IMG/VR virus record: IMGVR_UViG_3300043438_001221
DNA: 64,000 nucleotides
Strand: one strand, 5' to 3'
Source of the DNA: a virus
Both the position numbers and the translations under genes were made by a program. Below are positions 58,884 through 64,000 of this stretch, piece by piece; position 1 is the stretch's first letter; each line of letters starts with the position of its first letter. The notes under the pieces were generated by a model. That model worked only from the letters and a program-made list of their open reading frames with translations, was not told where the DNA came from and ran no database searches.

Positions 58884-58912
58884 ACCATTTTTTAGTAAAA
58901 AAATATTTTTTT

Positions 58913-60229
58913 TCAGCTTGAAAGCTTTTGCAACAAGTCCAATTCGTCATCGTCCATAATTTCTTCCTCATCATCTTCCGATTGGTAAATGGAGAGCGTG
59001 GAGTAATCAATTCTCATGGCTTGAACCATACCACGGGGACCAAACCTATTTTTCATCATTCCCAATCGAATTACTGCCATTTCCTGATCCTCTTCGTTTT
59101 GGAAGATGGAAACGATGCAATCCGCAGTCATAACAATTGCCAAAGACTCCGCAATTCCAGACATATCAGGGTTATTTTGGCCAACGGCAGACCTGTTCAA
59201 TTGGGCAGCACTGATAAAGGGGCATTTGAACACGTAAGATAGCGCACGGACTTGTTCGCATATCTTTTTACCCTGTTCATAGCTATTACTACCCGCAGCG
59301 GTGAGCAAAGTGAGATAATCTATCACCACAGCATCGATTCTGATACCCGAATCCTTCAATTTCTTGATGAATGCTCCCAATTGCTTGGGGGTGATCGTAG
59401 ATGGGGGAAATTCCTTGATATAAATCCTACCATCAGTGTTCTTATGCTCCTCTTCCAGAGCATGTCTAAGCGTAGGAACACAATTACGGAACTCCTTCAT
59501 GGGAATCTTCGTCACATTGGACGCAATTCTCTTGGCATAGAGCGTTTCAGACATCTCCAGAGTCACGACAAGCACATGCTTACCTTGGGATGCCATGTTT
59601 GCCGCCACATTACCAAGGAAAATGCTCTTCCCAATGTTGGATTGTCCTGCAAACACATATAAAGCCTTACCAGCTTCTTGAAATCCACCCCCAAGAGCTT
59701 CATCCAACCATGGCCATTTGGATGAAATGGTCGCTTCATCACTCAAAATGTCATCAATGACCTTCTCAACGTCCCCATAAAGCTCAATTCCCTTATCAAC
59801 ATTGAGATTAATACCCGCAATCTTCTCAAATTTCTCCACGATCTTGGCAGTATCGGCTTCTCCTTCCGATATTTCTTCCGCTGACTCCAAAATGGAGTGA
59901 TACATTCCCCGTTCTTTGAGGAATCTTTCAGTGTTCTCGTAGAGTTCGTCTTCATTGTGATTACTGTCAATCTCCTTGAAGGACTCAATCAGCTTTTTGA
60001 AGTTGGTCTTGAGTTCATCTGTGGTGAGATAGGTTTTTACTTCGGAAAATGTGGGGAGAGATTGTCGTTTCTCATAGAAATCTGCGACAATCTCAAAATA
60101 TTTTGCAATGTTTTTGTCTGTGAAGTATTTTGGTTGAACGTAATCTGCGATGGATGCCAGATAAGCACCATTCGTGATCGCGTTCTTTACCAGAACCTTT
60201 TCAAAATAGTCGAAATCAATTTCACTCAT
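58913..60229 (-). CDS. gp41: replicative DnaB-like helicase
   Basis: GQSNIGKS, TLEMSE, IKEFP, IDYL, AQLNR, MKNRFG. Confidence 0.95.
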   Translation of the reverse strand: MSEIDFDYFEKVLVKNAITNGAYLASIADYVQPKYFTDKNIAKYFEIVADFYEKRQSLPTFSEVKTYLTTDELKTNFKKLIESFKEIDSNHNEDELYENTERFLKERGMYHSILESAEEISEGEADTAKIVEKFEKIAGINLNVDKGIELYGDVEKVIDDILSDEATISSKWPWLDEALGGGFQEAGKALYVFAGQSNIGKSIFLGNVAANMASQGKHVLVVTLEMSETLYAKRIASNVTKIPMKEFRNCVPTLRHALEEEHKNTDGRIYIKEFPPSTITPKQLGAFIKKLKDSGIRIDAVVIDYLTLLTAAGSNSYEQGKKICEQVRALSYVFKCPFISAAQLNRSAVGQNNPDMSGIAESLAIVMTADCIVSIFQNEEDQEMAVIRLGMMKNRFGPRGMVQAMRIDYSTLSIYQSEDDEEEIMDDDELDLLQKLSS

Positions 60230-60233
60230 TCAA

Positions 60234-60554
60234 TTAATTCAATACAGCAACGTCATCTTTAGTTAAAACCACCCACTTACCATCTGGTTTAATGATTCCA
60301 CATGGTTCCGTCTGTCCTTTGAATTTACCATCAACCATAAACCAATTAGCTTTCACACCAGCATGATAAGCCAAAGAGAATCTTTCATCTTCTGTTAATT
60401 CTTCGGGGTTTTCTTTTGTATATAGTGTCTTTAAATTTTCTAAAATCCATTCGTCAAATGCCTTAATATGTTTTTGGAAATCAATTTCGTTTTCCAACTG
60501 CCATTTTTTACAAAAATCTGGAGTTTCTACATTAAATTTTATTTTATTTTCCAT
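60234..60554 (-). CDS. hypothetical protein
   Basis: Coupled ORF. Confidence 0.55.
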   Translation of the reverse strand: MENKIKFNVETPDFCKKWQLENEIDFQKHIKAFDEWILENLKTLYTKENPEELTEDERFSLAYHAGVKANWFMVDGKFKGQTEPCGIIKPDGKWVVLTKDDVAVLN

Positions 60555-61212
60555 ATTTCTGAATTACATAATCATTTCCAGCTTTCCAATCATCCGTGAA
60601 CTCTTGCAGTCCGGGAGACTCGTGAGTTATCATAACATCCCCAACGCCAATTTTCAAGCCTTTATTACACGCATCTAAGCTCATCAAAATGTCGTATCCA
60701 TGGAAATTTGATGGACAATCCTCATCAAATCTCACCGTCTCTATCGCTTTCCGATTAAATGCCATGAAAACACCATCAATCATCACCACGCGATGGGGAT
60801 ACACACCAAAGCTCGTCATATGCTTCCTATTAGCGTTACCATGCGCCACCGCACCGTGTAGATGTCCTTGCCCCATGAGATGCCAGAGCGCGGGAGACTT
60901 GATTTCGGCTTGAGAACATCCCGCCACACCAACGATATCAAATTCCTGAAATAGCTTCTCCAGCTTTGGACGGGGATCGTGTTCCAGATGAACGTCATCG
61001 TGAATGAACATAACGTATTCAAATTTCTCCTTGATGGCTAGGTCTAGGAATTCGTTGTAAACCTTGGCAAGTCCTTGGCGATTATTAAACTTTGGATGAA
61101 TAAAGTTATCCAAATCCAATTCCAATGCTGTTCTGGATAAAGGGAAGTGCCAATTATTGCCTTTGGTTGCTGTGAAAATGGCGATATTGGAGGAGACGTT
61201 AGGATTTTCCAT
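60544..61212 (-). CDS. GT-A glycosyltransferase
   Basis: GLAKVYN, FIHDDV, DIVGVAG, IDGVF, FDE...FHGYD, HESPG. Confidence 0.85.
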   Translation of the reverse strand: MENPNVSSNIAIFTATKGNNWHFPLSRTALELDLDNFIHPKFNNRQGLAKVYNEFLDLAIKEKFEYVMFIHDDVHLEHDPRPKLEKLFQEFDIVGVAGCSQAEIKSPALWHLMGQGHLHGAVAHGNANRKHMTSFGVYPHRVVMIDGVFMAFNRKAIETVRFDEDCPSNFHGYDILMSLDACNKGLKIGVGDVMITHESPGLQEFTDDWKAGNDYVIQKYGK

Positions 61213-61218
61213 GAGTTC

Positions 61219-61246
61219 AACTTAACACATGGGAGGATAATGTCAA
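61219..61246 (-). promoter_or_regulatory. sigma70-like promoter
   Basis: TTGACA-16nt-TAAGTT with TG extension, 6 nt before ATG 61212. Confidence 0.55.
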
Positions 61247-61265
61247 ATTTTCATTAAATAATATC

Positions 61266-61697
61266 ATGCTTGAGGATTTACAAAAATTATATGAGGAGAT
61301 TTTGCTGGAATACAGAACATCCCCCCATCAACTTTCCGATATGAGTCTCAAACAGGCTTACAACGAATGTTATGAGATTTTCAAGGATTTGGGATTCACC
61401 ACGGCATCCACTTTTGCCATTTGGGATTATATCTATCGAAACTTACCAGATAAAATCAAAACGCCGGAAGTCCAACAATCCAAGAAAAAACATTATGGGA
61501 CGAATCTTCGCCCATTCATCGTCAATCTAATCAACTCAAACATGGCAAAAATAAATCTAAAAGACCTGAAATCCAAGATGTTAAACCGCGATCTAATCAA
61601 ACAATATCTTGATCGAAATGAGTATGGCAACAGACGAACAGGACTTTTGAAAAAATTATCCGCCGAATCGGAGAGAGATATTGTAAGAGATTACTAA
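61266..61697 (+). CDS. late hypothetical protein (possible head-internal)
   Basis: TAAATA-5nt-ATG; LQKLYEEILLE. Confidence 0.65.
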   Translation: MLEDLQKLYEEILLEYRTSPHQLSDMSLKQAYNECYEIFKDLGFTTASTFAIWDYIYRNLPDKIKTPEVQQSKKKHYGTNLRPFIVNLINSNMAKINLKDLKSKMLNRDLIKQYLDRNEYGNRRTGLLKKLSAESERDIVRDY

Positions 61698-61705
61698 ATA
61701 GTATT

Positions 61706-63232
61706 ATGAGAAATTACGGATTTGATTATTTGGTGGAAAAGGTTCAGGTTTTGTCTGAGATGTCCAAATTGGGGGGCGACAGAGCTTGGATGACTGTTCA
61801 AAAATTTTATGATATCTACTTAGAAACACAATCTGCTATGAATGAAACCAGATTGTTTCCAAAATCAGCAGTGCGTGAAAATGCACAGATGGTGTTTATG
61901 GCAGAAACGCTTATGAAATTTTTAAAAATGGGGGGTGGGTTCTCGACACTTCGGCAAGCATCAACTGTAGAAAAAATTCCACCAGAAGAAAGAGAAAATC
62001 CTAAAGTATCGACCAGACTTACGCAGGGATACGCAAATTTTTGGAAAGCTTTTAGAGGTGGCGAACCTAAAAAAGATGGTCCAATGCAACAAAAATATAC
62101 TTTATATAAACTCGTAAAGGATAACTATGAAGTTGCCACTTCCGATAAATTTAAACAATTTGTCACCAATCCTGAAAATATTAAACAATGGGTTGAGGCG
62201 GGTAGAGAAGGTAGCTTAGATGCGTTGGACAAATCAGGAACTTCGAATGTTGCTGCAAAAATGAAACGAACCAAGGAAGGTATTTATGAAAGACCGCTTG
62301 AAGATATTTACAGAATCCAAGCTCAAGCAGCACCTTTGGTAAAAATGATTAACCGTTTGATGAGAAAAAAACGGAGTAAAAAAGGAGAGGTGTGGTCAAT
62401 TGATGATGAAAAGGCTACCCCCGAAGTTCATTTGGCTAAGGAGCTTGCCGAAGAATTATCATACATTCTTCCCTTCACAAATAAAGGATTTCAAGACTCA
62501 TCAAGTGATACCGAAAATCAAGGAGGATCGCTTTTTGCCAAGCGGGAAATGAGTAATGAAAAATCTTCCAATCCCAGAAAATATTTCGGTAAAAAATTTA
62601 CACAATCAGAAATAGAACAATTAATCGGATTTCTTGAGAGCAGGGAAGAAAGTGGACTTGGTATTACCGAAACTCAATGGACAAACTTGATAAGTAAAAT
62701 GAAAACATCCAACCCCATCATCTCCGAGTTGGGGGAATATCTATTAAGTGTTACACAACGCGAAAAAGAGGAAAATATTGATGAAAGTGGAGAGTTTGAG
62801 GGATATGATAAAGAATCCCTAGCTCAAGTTTTGGATACTCCTGAAAAAGAAGATATCTTTCGATCATTTTACGAATTGAAACAAGCTGAAGCTGATAAAC
62901 AATCGGAAATTGATGAAAAAAGATTCGCCGCTGGTCTTAAAAAACATGAAAGATATCAACAATCAGCTTCAGGAACAGGAATTGAAGCTCAAATTGAAAA
63001 ATTAATGCTCAGAGCCGAAGAATCTGATAATCCATCTGAAATAAAGCAGATAAAGAGAAAAATTGAAGCTCTTCTGAAAAAGAGAGATGAGCCGGAAGAT
63101 GAAGAAGGTGTCATGGGCTATATGACTGAACAAGTCAATAAAGACAGACACCTCAACAACATCGGGGAATACAAGGATCGTGGATTTAAGAAACCAGTAA
63201 ACTATAATCACTGGATGATGTTGAACTCCTAA
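61706..63232 (+). CDS. late hypothetical protein (possible head-internal)
   Basis: TAAATA-5nt-ATG; FDYLVEKVQVLSE; internal YMTEQ. Confidence 0.7.
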   Translation: MRNYGFDYLVEKVQVLSEMSKLGGDRAWMTVQKFYDIYLETQSAMNETRLFPKSAVRENAQMVFMAETLMKFLKMGGGFSTLRQASTVEKIPPEERENPKVSTRLTQGYANFWKAFRGGEPKKDGPMQQKYTLYKLVKDNYEVATSDKFKQFVTNPENIKQWVEAGREGSLDALDKSGTSNVAAKMKRTKEGIYERPLEDIYRIQAQAAPLVKMINRLMRKKRSKKGEVWSIDDEKATPEVHLAKELAEELSYILPFTNKGFQDSSSDTENQGGSLFAKREMSNEKSSNPRKYFGKKFTQSEIEQLIGFLESREESGLGITETQWTNLISKMKTSNPIISELGEYLLSVTQREKEENIDESGEFEGYDKESLAQVLDTPEKEDIFRSFYELKQAEADKQSEIDEKRFAAGLKKHERYQQSASGTGIEAQIEKLMLRAEESDNPSEIKQIKRKIEALLKKRDEPEDEEGVMGYMTEQVNKDRHLNNIGEYKDRGFKKPVNYNHWMMLNS

Positions 63233-63804
63233 ACCTCATTACCCCACGCATCCCACCCCTCAAATTTGTCTCTAGCAAAGAGTTCAATCTTGTTTAGATC
63301 ATCTTTAACCATTTCCTCAATCCTTCGTCTCACTTCGTCGGGTTTCTTGGAATGATGTTCTCGTTTGGAGCTTAGGAATGATCGGACTTTACGACTCTTT
63401 ATCAATTTGCGGGGAGTTCCTTTGGAAGCCAATAAGCATAACTCAATACCGCTTTTCATGGTGTATTGTCCACCTTTCATTTCAACTGGTTCACCTTGCT
63501 TAGTCAATTTTTGCCACGCAAATCCTACGGTTCGATAAGTGAACCCCCAATCCTCAATCACCCTCATACATTTTTCCATGTGGTAATCACTCGTCCATAT
63601 CAATAATATGGCGGTATCGTCTGTAATATCCTTGACTGGTATCTTCCTAATATCTTTTGACGATAAGACTGGATATGGGGGATTTATGTGAACATTGTGA
63701 CCACATTTATCTGGAGTGGTTGATGAGTCATTGTAATACGACCATGGAGGATCAGCATAAATGACTTGATATTTCTTACCAGTATTGACAATATCTTCAA
63801 TCAT
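63229..63804 (-). CDS. MT-A70 family N6-adenine methyltransferase
   Basis: YADPPW, WGF.Y, HSKKP, IELFAR, GWDAWGNE. Confidence 0.92.
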   Translation of the reverse strand: MIEDIVNTGKKYQVIYADPPWSYYNDSSTTPDKCGHNVHINPPYPVLSSKDIRKIPVKDITDDTAILLIWTSDYHMEKCMRVIEDWGFTYRTVGFAWQKLTKQGEPVEMKGGQYTMKSGIELCLLASKGTPRKLIKSRKVRSFLSSKREHHSKKPDEVRRRIEEMVKDDLNKIELFARDKFEGWDAWGNEV

Positions 63805-64000
63805 TCGTCAGTATCCACATCATCCTCTTCCAATGCCACCAGATCATCGTCTTCAGGAGAAGAACCATATGCCCAATGGATTTTGATACGCTTCTCAAGT
63901 TCGGGGAGCAATTTGGTTTCCCATAGATCAATATTACGACTGAAGCTCTTGTAATAACCCAACTTATTTCCTTCCCAATCGGTGTAGGATGAGCCAGAAT
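63801..64000 (-). CDS. probable UvsX/RecA-like recombinase C-terminus (partial)
   Basis: Manual translation SGSSYTDWEGNKLG...IKIHWAYG plus acidic tail; upstream of the gp41 region as in T4. Confidence 0.55.
   Translation of the reverse strand, partial: SGSSYTDWEGNKLGYYKSFSRNIDLWETKLLPELEKRIKIHWAYGSSPEDDDLVALEEDDVDTDE

Noticed and set aside
1-64000. Stop-codon reassignment
   Set aside because: Core genes are full length in the standard code, and TAA, TAG and TGA all end conserved genes

Overview
A 64-kb segment of a lytic T4-like (myovirus) phage genome; I saw no rRNA, tRNA or CRISPR array. The left part holds the tail/baseplate/neck/terminase cluster, the middle a dTDP-sugar module, clamp loader, baseplate wedge and fibre genes, and the right part the replication cluster (primase, clamp, gp32, gp41 helicase, MT-A70 methylase, partial UvsX) interleaved with small accessory ORFs. 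Main observations: (1) the large terminase is split into two genes joined by an atypically split intein (42-aa IntN, 114-aa IntC) with a GIY-YIG endonuclease between them. (2) A candidate virion-glycosylation system: RmlA, an NRS/ER-type epimerase-reductase, two glycosyltransferases, a mucin-like Thr/Pro protein, and L-[ST]-[AGS] motifs recurring in virion proteins. (3) A structurally canonical integron attC site heading a small foreign-looking ORF, plus a second attC half-site. (4) About 30 TAAATA-type late-promoter boxes lie 5-7 nt before start codons, implying mostly leaderless mRNAs; one box creates a nested in-frame isoform. (5) An 18-bp element TAAAAACTAGAnTAYAAT occurs five times, each heading an accessory ORF. 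(6) A lone TnpB with a foldable omega-RNA. All annotations come from motif recognition by eye; no database searches were run.
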